Shown here piece after piece: positions 1 to 8,649 of a stretch of 64,000 nt of DNA; the stretch's first letter is position 1, and every line of letters starts with the position of its first letter. Made by a program: the position numbers and the translations under genes. The notes beneath the pieces are model-generated. The model was given only the letters and a program-made list of their open reading frames with translations, did no database searches and had not been told where the DNA came from. This DNA is from a bacterium. GTDB lineage: Bacteria; Patescibacteriota; Microgenomatia; UBA8517. Location: positions 142,958 to 206,957 of the forward strand of contig CP129472.1 in assembly GCA_030583725.1 (NCBI GenBank), given 5' to 3'.

Positions 1-527
1 CAAAGGCAATCTCTGTAGGTAAATTTGTCTTACCTGTGTATTCAGCTACTGGATTACATATCAGTCATTCATCCAGAACAGGAAACAAACGCAATGAATA
101 TCTAAGTAATCGACGTTTATTTTATAAATTGATTGAAACAAGTCAAACAAATGATTACATAAATTGGTTAGATAAATCAAAAAATCGAATTATAGAGCAG
201 ATAAACAAGAAGCCTTCATCTAAGATATTACCAAAAAGCAAAAATGCAAATAATATTTTACCTAAACATCTAAACATAGATACATTGCTAGCAGTTGGTC
301 AATATCGCAAAATCACAGATCGCATAAATAATCTTGAAAAAACAGATACTAGCAAAGATACTAGTTATTGGAATCAAACGCCAGAATTCTACATAAAACA
401 AGGTACACTCTTTTACGAACAAGAGTTTTATGAGATAGCTCTTAGATGCTTTGAAATAGCGTTAGCAAAAGAGGATTCTAATAAAATTGCTTTAAAATAT
501 CATAATAGGTGTCTTAAAAAGATATGA
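1..527 (+). CDS. hypothetical protein, probably 5'-partial (track start is GTG at 36; frame stays open back to window start)
   Basis: ORF 36..527; no stop in the same frame back to nt 3; helical TPR-like C-terminus; no diagnostic motif. Confidence 0.35.
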   Translation, partial: KAISVGKFVLPVYSATGLHISHSSRTGNKRNEYLSNRRLFYKLIETSQTNDYINWLDKSKNRIIEQINKKPSSKILPKSKNANNILPKHLNIDTLLAVGQYRKITDRINNLEKTDTSKDTSYWNQTPEFYIKQGTLFYEQEFYEIALRCFEIALAKEDSNKIALKYHNRCLKKI

Positions 528-762
528 CACTTTTCTATCGTTTGTAAAAGTTATTTAGAGCTATTACATATTGATAATGTTGAGATAACTGTTTCATTAA
601 TACAGACTTCCTTGTATAATCGAGGTTGTTAGTTATACTATGGAGGTCATCGGTGCAAACAACACCTCTTAGACCACCCTGACGGGTTATTAGTTGAACA
701 AAATTTAAAAATAACCCTATTTTTGAACGTATTTTATTCAAAAACGATTCGAAAGTATTTTT

Positions 763-1116
763 ATGGTAGAAATATCAAACAGTTATCCCGATATTGTTTA
801 TAGTGATAATAATCTGGCAACGCTTCAAGTCAACGGTTTACTTGGCGAAGTTGCAGGGAAAGCCATGGTTGTTATTTACTTTAACTCTGTAGCAGTTATA
901 GAAAACTTACAAGTGCTACCTTCTTATAGACGCAATAAAATTGGTACAAATCTTGTAGCAAAAATAGAAGAGTGGTCGATAGACAAAAAGGCAAAGTATA
1001 CATTTATGAGATTCGCTCCATGTGATTTCGGAGATACATTCACTCTTTCTAAGTTACTTCTTGCTAATAATTATAGTTTTAACGGGATAGGTTTTATTAA
1101 GAAATTAAGTAATTAG
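763..1116 (+). CDS. GNAT-family N-acetyltransferase-like protein
   Basis: 117 aa; 'VLPSYRRNKIGTNLV' resembles the GNAT acetyl-CoA binding motif (R/Q-x-x-G-x-G/A). Confidence 0.4.
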   Translation: MVEISNSYPDIVYSDNNLATLQVNGLLGEVAGKAMVVIYFNSVAVIENLQVLPSYRRNKIGTNLVAKIEEWSIDKKAKYTFMRFAPCDFGDTFTLSKLLLANNYSFNGIGFIKKLSN

Positions 1117-1229
1117 TATTTAATGAATTGTTTTAAGATATTTTTTAAATAATCTATTTCATAATCGTCACTTCTAAAAACGGTTCTAGGTGTTTTTGTT
1201 AAGCCACCCATAAGGTGTATAATTAAATT

Positions 1230-1895
1230 ATGAAAAAGTTTTTAATTGGATTATTTATAATAATTTTTTTGGTTGTAATAGTTATTACATACTTAGGTTT
1301 TATGCCTGTTTTGTCTAACTATTTTTCAAAAACTGTTGATTTAGAAGTTAAAGCTGACAAATCTTTAGTTTATGCTTTTGAAGAAATGTATGGCCAGTCA
1401 AATGATAGTGGCAAAATTGATTTAGATGTTTACTTGACTAGCCAAGAAATAACTTCTATTTTTGCAGTATGGGAAGAAAGAGATAAAAACTTTCCACTTA
1501 AAAATGTACAAATAAAATTCCATCCAGATGGCACAGGTGAAGCTTCAGGATATTTAAAAATTGAAACTGCTGTAAATTTAGCTAAGGACTTGGGTTACTC
1601 TGATTCAGACATTGAAACAGGTAAAAAGTATATTAAATATGTTTCAGGCGATTTACCTTTTTATTTAAAAGCCACCGGAAATATGGATAACAGCACACTA
1701 GTTATTGCCCCTGAAGTTTTTAAGGTTGGAAAAGTTACAGTTCCATCTAATATCACAAATATGACAAGTACGGCTGTATCTGATATGGTAACTAGACGAC
1801 TAAACCAAATAGGTGGAGTAGATTTAGAAAAGGCAAATTTTAGATCAGGTGACTTTCATCTTCAAGGCTCTGTACCTGAAACAATCAAATACTGA
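1230..1895 (+). CDS. membrane-anchored hypothetical protein
   Basis: 221 aa; N-terminal TM helix (LIGLFIIIFLVVIVITYLGF), rest hydrophilic; possible TTGTTA-N16-TATAAT promoter ~1195-1222. Confidence 0.45.
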   Translation: MKKFLIGLFIIIFLVVIVITYLGFMPVLSNYFSKTVDLEVKADKSLVYAFEEMYGQSNDSGKIDLDVYLTSQEITSIFAVWEERDKNFPLKNVQIKFHPDGTGEASGYLKIETAVNLAKDLGYSDSDIETGKKYIKYVSGDLPFYLKATGNMDNSTLVIAPEVFKVGKVTVPSNITNMTSTAVSDMVTRRLNQIGGVDLEKANFRSGDFHLQGSVPETIKY

Positions 1896-1908
1896 TATAC
1901 TACTTAAT

Positions 1909-2820
1909 ATGCTTCTAGATAAAGTTGATGTTACATTTAAGGCTGGAGATGGTGGTAATGGTCGTGTATCTTTTAAAAAGATTGGCCGTGGTCCTGATGG
2001 TGGTAATGGTGGTCGTGGTGGAGACTTGTATGTTCAAGGTTCTTCAGATTTAACACTGCTAAACCAATTTAGCCAAAAAGACTTCTTCTCAGCAAATGAT
2101 GGAATTCTTGGTGGGAACAATATTAAAAGTGGCGGAAAAGGAAATGACTTAGTTCTTACCTTACCCATTGGGACATCACTAGTAAACAGGGATACAAACA
2201 AAGTTGTTTTAGAAATTAAGGACTCTACTCAAAAAATAAAACTACTAAATGGAGGTGATGGTGGAAAGGGGAATTGGGAATTTAGAAGCTCCAGAAACAC
2301 TACCCCCTTGAAAGCACAAAAGGGTTTTAAAGGCGAAATACTAAATCTAACATTAGACCTTAAATTAATTGCCAATTTTGGATTGATTGGACTACCCAAT
2401 TCTGGTAAAAGTAGTCTCTTAAATGAACTAACAAATTCAAATGCAAAGGTTGGGAATTATGCATTTACCACTCTTTCACCAAATTTAGGTGTAGTTAATG
2501 GAAAAGTAATTGCTGATATTCCTGGACTTATTGAAGGTGCCTCTGATGGTAAAGGACTTGGTATTAAATTCTTAAAACATATTGAAAAAGTAGATGTCTT
2601 GATCCACTGCATAGACTCAACGTCTGACGACTATAAAAAAGATTATGAGATTGTACGTAATGAATTATCTAAATTTAATGAAGAAATGCTTAAAAAGAAA
2701 GAAATCATTCTATTAACAAAGTCTGATTTAGTAGACGAAAAGAAAAAGTTCAAAAAAGGTATATCTATGTCTGTCTATGATATCGAGAGTCTCAATAAAC
2801 TAAAAAAACTATTAAACTAG
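1909..2820 (+). CDS. obg: GTPase Obg (no C-terminal OCT/TGS domain)
   Basis: Gly-rich Obg fold (FKAGDGGNGRVSFKK...GGNGGRGGDLYVQG) then G-domain with G1 'GLIGLPNSGKSSLL'; start moved from track 1849 to ATG 1909 (MLLDKVDV) to clear the upstream gene. Confidence 0.85.
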   Translation: MLLDKVDVTFKAGDGGNGRVSFKKIGRGPDGGNGGRGGDLYVQGSSDLTLLNQFSQKDFFSANDGILGGNNIKSGGKGNDLVLTLPIGTSLVNRDTNKVVLEIKDSTQKIKLLNGGDGGKGNWEFRSSRNTTPLKAQKGFKGEILNLTLDLKLIANFGLIGLPNSGKSSLLNELTNSNAKVGNYAFTTLSPNLGVVNGKVIADIPGLIEGASDGKGLGIKFLKHIEKVDVLIHCIDSTSDDYKKDYEIVRNELSKFNEEMLKKKEIILLTKSDLVDEKKKFKKGISMSVYDIESLNKLKKLLN

Positions 2821-4107
2821 TTACTTTCTTGTTACTTTGTAGTATTCTGGATAGTAAAGAAAAATTGCAGGCACTTCTTCAACCAAAAATCTCTGGAAAT
2901 CAAGATATAGTTTTTTTCTTGTTTCTTGGTCTAGTTCGGTTCTACCGTCTTCCAATAGTTTGTCAACTCTTACATTCTTAAACTTTGAGATGTTGGTTTC
3001 TGACTGTGTTGAGTGCCAAAGGCTATATTGATCAGGATCTTTGGGTATATCAACAGTTGCAAGAAAAACTTCATAATTTTCAGGTATAGTTGTGACTATC
3101 TCAACTTCAGTGTTTGCCCCATGGTCTTGCCATTCTTTGGATATACTTTCAGCAATTCTATAAAGATTTGGTAGAACTGAAATTTTCAAATTTATTCCTT
3201 TAATTTCTTCAACCTTGGTTGCGTCTTTTATATAGGGTTTGACCTGTGGATTATAACCCCAAGAAAAGGGTGATATGGGCCCCAATGCACGATTTTCATA
3301 CTGGTCTTTATCTATGGCATAATTTAGAGCCTGTCTAACAGCTTTCTCTGCTAACTTTTCGTTATCTGTATTTAAAAATATTCCCACAAAGTTGTCAAAG
3401 CTTGTATTTTTGTCTATTTCTATTGTTTTCCAGCCCTCAAAACTTGAAACGTCGTTGATTCTTTCAATTATGTCTATTTCTCCCAACTTAAAACCTAAAA
3501 TCAATCTCTCTTCAGAGGGGAAAAACTTGTAAACAAGTCTGTCTTTCTCCTTGTTTTGCAAAGTAATATTTTGTACATAGCCACCAGCTAAAGATACGTC
3601 TTTAACCTCCCATTCCCCTGTACCCAACAAGCCCTTTTTAAAGACTGGTTTACTTACGATAACAGGAAAGGCAGTAAACTGGCTATCAAGGCTAAACACT
3701 ATAGTTTGTTCATCAACAACACTAACTTGGGCGTCATTAAATTCATATTTAATTTCAGAGGCTAATACTTTCTTCTCATCTTGCCAGGTGACATTTTCAT
3801 CAAGTGTAAATATCCATGTTTTTCCACCATCTGTTGTTTGCCATGATTTGGCAATTGATGGAATTACATTACCATTCTCATCAGTTTTTGTTAAACCGTC
3901 AGAAATTTTAGTTGCAATAACTGGGGGCAGGTTATCTACGGTGTAGCGTCCAGCAATACCTATTTTCTGCTTCTCGGATATCATACTAGGTAGTAGGAAT
4001 GATAGAAAAAGAAAAACAATAATTCCAAAGACAAAGCCTAAAAAAATTATTGCCTTAAACCTTTTAAAAAAGGCTTGAATTAACCTGAAAATATATCGAG
4101 GTGACAT
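2821..4107 (-). CDS. ABC-transporter substrate-binding protein, family 5 (peptide/nickel-type), orphan (no permease/ATPase nearby)
   Basis: N-terminal TM/signal anchor; 'GLTKTDENGNVIPSIAKSWQTTDGGKTWIFTLDENVTWQDEKK' matches the SBP_bac_5 N-terminal signature. Confidence 0.5.
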   Translation of the reverse strand: MSPRYIFRLIQAFFKRFKAIIFLGFVFGIIVFLFLSFLLPSMISEKQKIGIAGRYTVDNLPPVIATKISDGLTKTDENGNVIPSIAKSWQTTDGGKTWIFTLDENVTWQDEKKVLASEIKYEFNDAQVSVVDEQTIVFSLDSQFTAFPVIVSKPVFKKGLLGTGEWEVKDVSLAGGYVQNITLQNKEKDRLVYKFFPSEERLILGFKLGEIDIIERINDVSSFEGWKTIEIDKNTSFDNFVGIFLNTDNEKLAEKAVRQALNYAIDKDQYENRALGPISPFSWGYNPQVKPYIKDATKVEEIKGINLKISVLPNLYRIAESISKEWQDHGANTEVEIVTTIPENYEVFLATVDIPKDPDQYSLWHSTQSETNISKFKNVRVDKLLEDGRTELDQETRKKLYLDFQRFLVEEVPAIFLYYPEYYKVTRK

Positions 4108-4120
4108 AATTAGTTTAAAA

Positions 4121-4327
4121 CTACATAAAAAGTGATATCGCAGACATAATTAAGAATAGACCAGCTACTACAAATGTAAGCCTATATACCAGTCTTTCAA
4201 CACCACGCCTTGTAAATGATGCTGAGTTTGAGCTTCTTGAAAATCCCCCACCCCTAACCTGAAGTAAAACAAATATTATTAACAAAATTGCACTAATAGA
4301 CTGTATTATTTGTACTAACTCTTTCAT
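4121..4327 (-). CDS. secG: preprotein translocase subunit SecG-like
   Basis: 68 aa, two TM segments flanking 'LLQVRGGGFSRSS' (SecG LLQ-x-x-G-G-G motif). Confidence 0.45.
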   Translation of the reverse strand: MKELVQIIQSISAILLIIFVLLQVRGGGFSRSSNSASFTRRGVERLVYRLTFVVAGLFLIMSAISLFM

Positions 4328-4379
4328 ATATTTGAATTATACCAAAAAAACAATTGTAAAGTTAGTTTGAAAAAGACTC

Positions 4380-4781
4380 TTAACGAATTAGCCAGTATAT
4401 AAAAGATGAAATTACAGAATGAAGGAATGAAAAAGCCAGGTAAGCCCAAAAGCTAACAAAATAGACAACAGGAATGTCTATCCAGACACTTGTAAAACCT
4501 GAAAATAAAAAGTTCTCTATCCTAAAGCCGGGTACCACCAAAGTCACTATGTACAAAACAGTTACAGCAGATACCCACCTAAATAGTCCAAAGGTAATCA
4601 TATTTACAGGAAGAAGAAGCAAATTAATTATTGGTTTTGCAATCAATGAAGCAACGGTTAGACCCAAACCAGTTAAGAGAAGTGTTTCAATACCATTTTC
4701 AAAGACTAATCCAACAACAACTGAAGATACCAAAAATATGGAAACGGTATCAATTACAAAATGGCGCAGTATTCTTTTCAC
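4380..4781 (-). CDS. YvlD/DUF360 (phage-holin-4_2 family) membrane protein
   Basis: 133 aa, 4 TM; 'NMITFGLFRWVSAVTVLYIVTLVVPGFRIENF' matches the family's T-x-GLF...pgf motif. Confidence 0.45.
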   Translation of the reverse strand: MKRILRHFVIDTVSIFLVSSVVVGLVFENGIETLLLTGLGLTVASLIAKPIINLLLLPVNMITFGLFRWVSAVTVLYIVTLVVPGFRIENFLFSGFTSVWIDIPVVYFVSFWAYLAFSFLHSVISSFIYWLIR

Positions 4782-4821
4782 TTTATATAGTTAAGTTTTT
4801 ACTTAATAAATTAAGTATTGT

Positions 4822-6102
4822 CTAATTAAAACTATCTGTCAAGAGTTTATGATGCAACCTTCTGGCAAAACGATGGGCCTCATCCCTAACTCTGGCTGTT
4901 ATGTTTAAGTTCAGGCCTTTAAGTCTAACTTTAACTCCATTTACAAATACCAATCTATCGGGGTTTTTAGCAATACCGACTACAGGTATGCCAAGTATTT
5001 TACATGCCTCATGGAAAACTTTTACTTGACCCAATCCCCCATCAACAATTATCAAGTCAGGCTTATCCCATTTATCAAGGTTTTTAATTCTTCTTTTTGC
5101 AATTTCTCTCATAGAATCATAGTCACTTTGCCCTTTAGGCTGTCTAACTTTAAAATGCCTGTATTCAGAGTTATGATTCTCACCTTCTGTTAGTACAACC
5201 ATAGACGCAGTAGTAAAGACACCTTGCAAGTGAGAGATGTCATAGCACTCAATTCTTTTTAACTTGGTTATTCTTATTCCATTTGAATTTAGAAGTTCTT
5301 TTAAGCTGTTGATTTCCATTAATCTTATGTCTTCAACTAGGTTTGGATTTTCAATAAATTTCTCAGTCTTGATTCGTTCCTGAGTAATATAATCTAGGAT
5401 CTTGATCTTATCGCGAAGAGTCATTGCTTTTTCAAAGTCCATATCTCGAGAATATTTTTTCATTTCTTTTTCGAGCGAGTTTCTAACAATATTAAATTTT
5501 CTACCTAAAATTAGTTTTATGTTTTTAATGTTTTGCCTATACTTTTTGGTCAGTTCTTTTCTATCTACTTCTGCCTCAGTACTAACTATCTCGTTTGGAC
5601 AAGGGCTACACAAACCCAAATGTGAGTAAAGACAAGGCTTTTTACCTATCTTGTGGTCCGAAAATGGAAATATTTTTCTTACCACCCTCAATATATATTT
5701 TACATTGTAAGAACTTGGAAACGGGCCATAGTCACCAGATTTTCTTGATGTTAGTATTCTTGGAAATTCTTCTTTTGTAATTAGAATATAAAGTGGGTGC
5801 TTATCATCCTTTAGGACAATATTATATTTTGGCTTATGTTTTTTAATTAATGATGACTCTAATAACAATGATTCAAAATCTGAAGTTACTTTAATGTAGG
5901 TTACCTTAGTAGCTTCTTGTACCATTAATTTAGTCTTAACCCCCAAAGTAATATTTAGATAACTGTTAAGGCGTGACTTTAGGTTTGAAGACTTACCAAT
6001 ATAAATAGGAGCATCTCCACTAGATGTGGTGCTTTTTTTCCAAAAAATATATACCCCTGGTGTTTGGGGAAGTTTTAAGAATTCTTTTTTGGAAATTTCC
6101 AT
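4822..6102 (-). CDS. uvrC: excinuclease ABC subunit C (UvrC), short form without the C-terminal (HhH)2 domain
   Basis: N-terminal GIY-YIG (GVYIFW...IYIGKSSNLKSRLNSY); RNase-H-like endonuclease domain with ECYDISH, IVDGGLGQ and C-terminal RDEAHRFA; protein ends 15 aa after DEAHRFA. Confidence 0.88.
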   Translation of the reverse strand: MEISKKEFLKLPQTPGVYIFWKKSTTSSGDAPIYIGKSSNLKSRLNSYLNITLGVKTKLMVQEATKVTYIKVTSDFESLLLESSLIKKHKPKYNIVLKDDKHPLYILITKEEFPRILTSRKSGDYGPFPSSYNVKYILRVVRKIFPFSDHKIGKKPCLYSHLGLCSPCPNEIVSTEAEVDRKELTKKYRQNIKNIKLILGRKFNIVRNSLEKEMKKYSRDMDFEKAMTLRDKIKILDYITQERIKTEKFIENPNLVEDIRLMEINSLKELLNSNGIRITKLKRIECYDISHLQGVFTTASMVVLTEGENHNSEYRHFKVRQPKGQSDYDSMREIAKRRIKNLDKWDKPDLIIVDGGLGQVKVFHEACKILGIPVVGIAKNPDRLVFVNGVKVRLKGLNLNITARVRDEAHRFARRLHHKLLTDSFN

Positions 6103-7913
6103 TTTTTAAATCTGAATAATATTGTTACAAGTATTAAAATAATTATGAAAAATACAAACAACAGATTATATATTACAACCTGTTTTTTATTTGTGGCAAC
6201 CGTAACACTTTCTCCGTCAACTAAAACTTTAACAATTTCAGGAGTCTTAGCTCCTAAAAATGAAAACGGGATTGTGATATGTGTATTATATACTTGAAAT
6301 GGAAGTAAAACATTAAGGGTTGAATTTTCTGGTCTTTCATAATTATCAAAATAGACCTTGGGATTAATGTTATAAATTGCAGTAGGTCCAGGGTTTTCAA
6401 TATTTAAATTTAAACTGTTTGCAACTAATGGTATCCAACGGTCAAGGTTTGCAGTGACATTGACAACAGAGTTTCTTTCCTGTGGTAGTGTGCCAAATGA
6501 TACAAAAACATCTTTCTGTGGATTTGCTCCAAGTTTATATGATCCTGCTGGATATGGTTTAATAGAACTTTTTCCGTGTATTACAAAAGTAAAGTGTCTT
6601 AAATCAAGCTTATTAAAGTAATCAACACCACCTGTAGTTGACCCCCATGTTGGATCAACAGGTATCCATGATTTTTTTTCATAATCGTAATATTCAGGCC
6701 AAGCATGCAAGACATCATTAACAAGTGAAAGAGGTTGGATTTCTGGGTTTTCAGTGTATGCAAAGCCATTAATCTCTCTTGCAGGTATTCCAGCGGCTCT
6801 TGAAATTGCAACAAAAAGGTCTGTAAATTCCATACAAATTGCTTGTGTGGGGTTCTGTAATGCAGAAACAGCCCCTAGTCTTTCTACATTTGGTCTAACT
6901 CTGGCATAATCATATTTAAGATGATTAGTTACATAGTCATATATTTGTTTTGGTGTTTTTAAGGTACTGGCAAGTTTAACTATTTCAGGATTTGAGGTTT
7001 CCCAGTATGTTTGTTCAGTCAGGTTTTCTTCTAATGACAATTGTGTTGGCCTGGGATATGGTCTTTGGGTTGCAAATATTTGTACATAACCCACGGCATT
7101 TACATCAATTCTCTCACGTGCCTTTAGCGTATATTTTGCAATCCAGTTGCCATCACTATCTACATACATACTAACTGGTCTTGGAGTTATGTTTGTATAG
7201 TATATTTTTTGAAATGCTGTGTCCGGAGGGAGTGTAATTTCAGTTTGTGACTCACGAGCCAATGGATTCTCCAAGTGGTAGTTTAAATTAAAACTAAATA
7301 CTTGGAACTGTCCAAAACCTGCAGTAATACCAGATCTTGAGACATCATCTTTATTAAATCTATATTTAAGTAGTTCTCCTTCTTTAACTGAACTTCTTGG
7401 TTTTGGAGAAATGTATGCTTCTTGACCTAAACTTTCAGGAATTTCTAAGTTTATAAAATAACTTGAAAAATCAGCATTTTCAGCAAGTCTAGGAATTGAT
7501 ATTTCCCAAACTTCTCCTGTTCTTATGGCAAATGAGCTTTCATCAAAGGCTACCCAAAAAGTTCTTGATTTATCCTTTCCAACAACTGAATCACTAAAAA
7601 CAACTTCAATTGATGTTGTATTGGCGTTTTGAGTTTTATTAACTGTTAGTGGGCCATTTACATCATAGGCCCTAATGTTTTGTGGAGTTATGCTGTCTAA
7701 TACTATGGAATATGAAGTAGCATATAAATTACTAAAAACATTAGTTAAAGTTACTTTATTTACAACTTCAGTAACTCCACTATTTTTAACTTTATAAGTA
7801 ACATCAAAATCAGTTACAAATTCACCAGCAGCCTTAACAGGGCGAGAAAATAGGAAGGTGTGAACAGCAAATAGAAAAAGCAAAAAAATAATAAATGTAG
7901 ATACCCTTTTCAT
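6075..7913 (-). CDS. secreted/membrane-anchored transglutaminase-like (Cys-His-Asp) domain protein
   Basis: Signal peptide, C-terminal TM anchor; 'QAICMEFTDLFVAISRAAGIPAREINGFAY' is the transglutaminase-core Cys motif. Confidence 0.65.
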   Translation of the reverse strand: MKRVSTFIIFLLFLFAVHTFLFSRPVKAAGEFVTDFDVTYKVKNSGVTEVVNKVTLTNVFSNLYATSYSIVLDSITPQNIRAYDVNGPLTVNKTQNANTTSIEVVFSDSVVGKDKSRTFWVAFDESSFAIRTGEVWEISIPRLAENADFSSYFINLEIPESLGQEAYISPKPRSSVKEGELLKYRFNKDDVSRSGITAGFGQFQVFSFNLNYHLENPLARESQTEITLPPDTAFQKIYYTNITPRPVSMYVDSDGNWIAKYTLKARERIDVNAVGYVQIFATQRPYPRPTQLSLEENLTEQTYWETSNPEIVKLASTLKTPKQIYDYVTNHLKYDYARVRPNVERLGAVSALQNPTQAICMEFTDLFVAISRAAGIPAREINGFAYTENPEIQPLSLVNDVLHAWPEYYDYEKKSWIPVDPTWGSTTGGVDYFNKLDLRHFTFVIHGKSSIKPYPAGSYKLGANPQKDVFVSFGTLPQERNSVVNVTANLDRWIPLVANSLNLNIENPGPTAIYNINPKVYFDNYERPENSTLNVLLPFQVYNTHITIPFSFLGAKTPEIVKVLVDGESVTVATNKKQVVIYNLLFVFFIIILILVTILFRFKKWKFPKKNS

Positions 7914-8500
7914 AATTTAATAGCTTGAAGTATGGTTTCATCTGAAATTAAAATGTTTGTATCAGTAGTATAGATTAATCCTTTATTTGGCTCGCTTTGA
8001 AACCCAATGTAAACGGTTTTCACCTTAAGTTTCTTGAGTTCATATACTGCAGGTTGTAAATCTGAATCAGAGCTACAAAGAATAGCAGTTTTTACCTTTT
8101 TGTTATATGCGTACGAAACTAAATCAACAGCAATTTTAACGTCAACACCTTTTTCTTTAAAAATGATTTTTCCATTAACATCTTGCCCCCTTACATTACC
8201 AAAAATAACTACATCATAATTTTCCTTTTTAAGATTATTAAACAATGATCTTTGAATATTAATTAACTTCTGTGATTTCTCCTTAGTTTTTGGATGTATA
8301 TGTAGCTTTGCAACATAATACTTTTTGGAATCGACATTATATTTGTCTAATACTTCTTTTAAAATCGAGTCTATACTTATTTTAGAAATGTCTTTTTTGT
8401 GTTTAATTTTTGAAGATTCTACTATTTTTTTTATTTTATAAAAAAAATTCTCTCCATCAATAAAAATAACTGTTCTATTCATAAACTTATTATGTCTCAA
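7910..8500 (-). CDS. NYN-domain (LabA/YacP-like) protein
   Basis: 'VIFIDGENFFYKIKK' N-terminus and 'AILCSSDSDLQPAV' acidic motif of NYN/LabA nucleases; overlaps upstream gene by 4 nt. Confidence 0.6.
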   Translation of the reverse strand: MRHNKFMNRTVIFIDGENFFYKIKKIVESSKIKHKKDISKISIDSILKEVLDKYNVDSKKYYVAKLHIHPKTKEKSQKLINIQRSLFNNLKKENYDVVIFGNVRGQDVNGKIIFKEKGVDVKIAVDLVSYAYNKKVKTAILCSSDSDLQPAVYELKKLKVKTVYIGFQSEPNKGLIYTTDTNILISDETILQAIKL

Positions 8501-8538
8501 TTATAAGGGTTTGGCAATAAAAAACCTCAGCGGGTCTT

Positions 8539-8574
8539 GCGACACAGGCTGAGGTGTTTATGAATGTATTATAA
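8539..8574 (-). terminator. rho-independent terminator downstream of uvrA
   Basis: Minus-strand RNA: CCUCAGC-(16 nt loop)-GCUGAGG followed by UUUUUU (plus-strand A6 at 8539-8544). Confidence 0.5.
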
Positions 8575-8649
8575 CAATGACAACGATATCTTGTCAATCT
8601 AACCTAACTTGACAAAACCTATAGTTAAGTCATCGCGTTAATATAAATG

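Noticed and set aside
535-741. 68-aa minus-strand ORF upstream of the GNAT gene
   Set aside because: No motif. It sits in a locally GC-richer leader-like stretch with possible hairpins, so it could equally be a 5' UTR element. Too weak to call.
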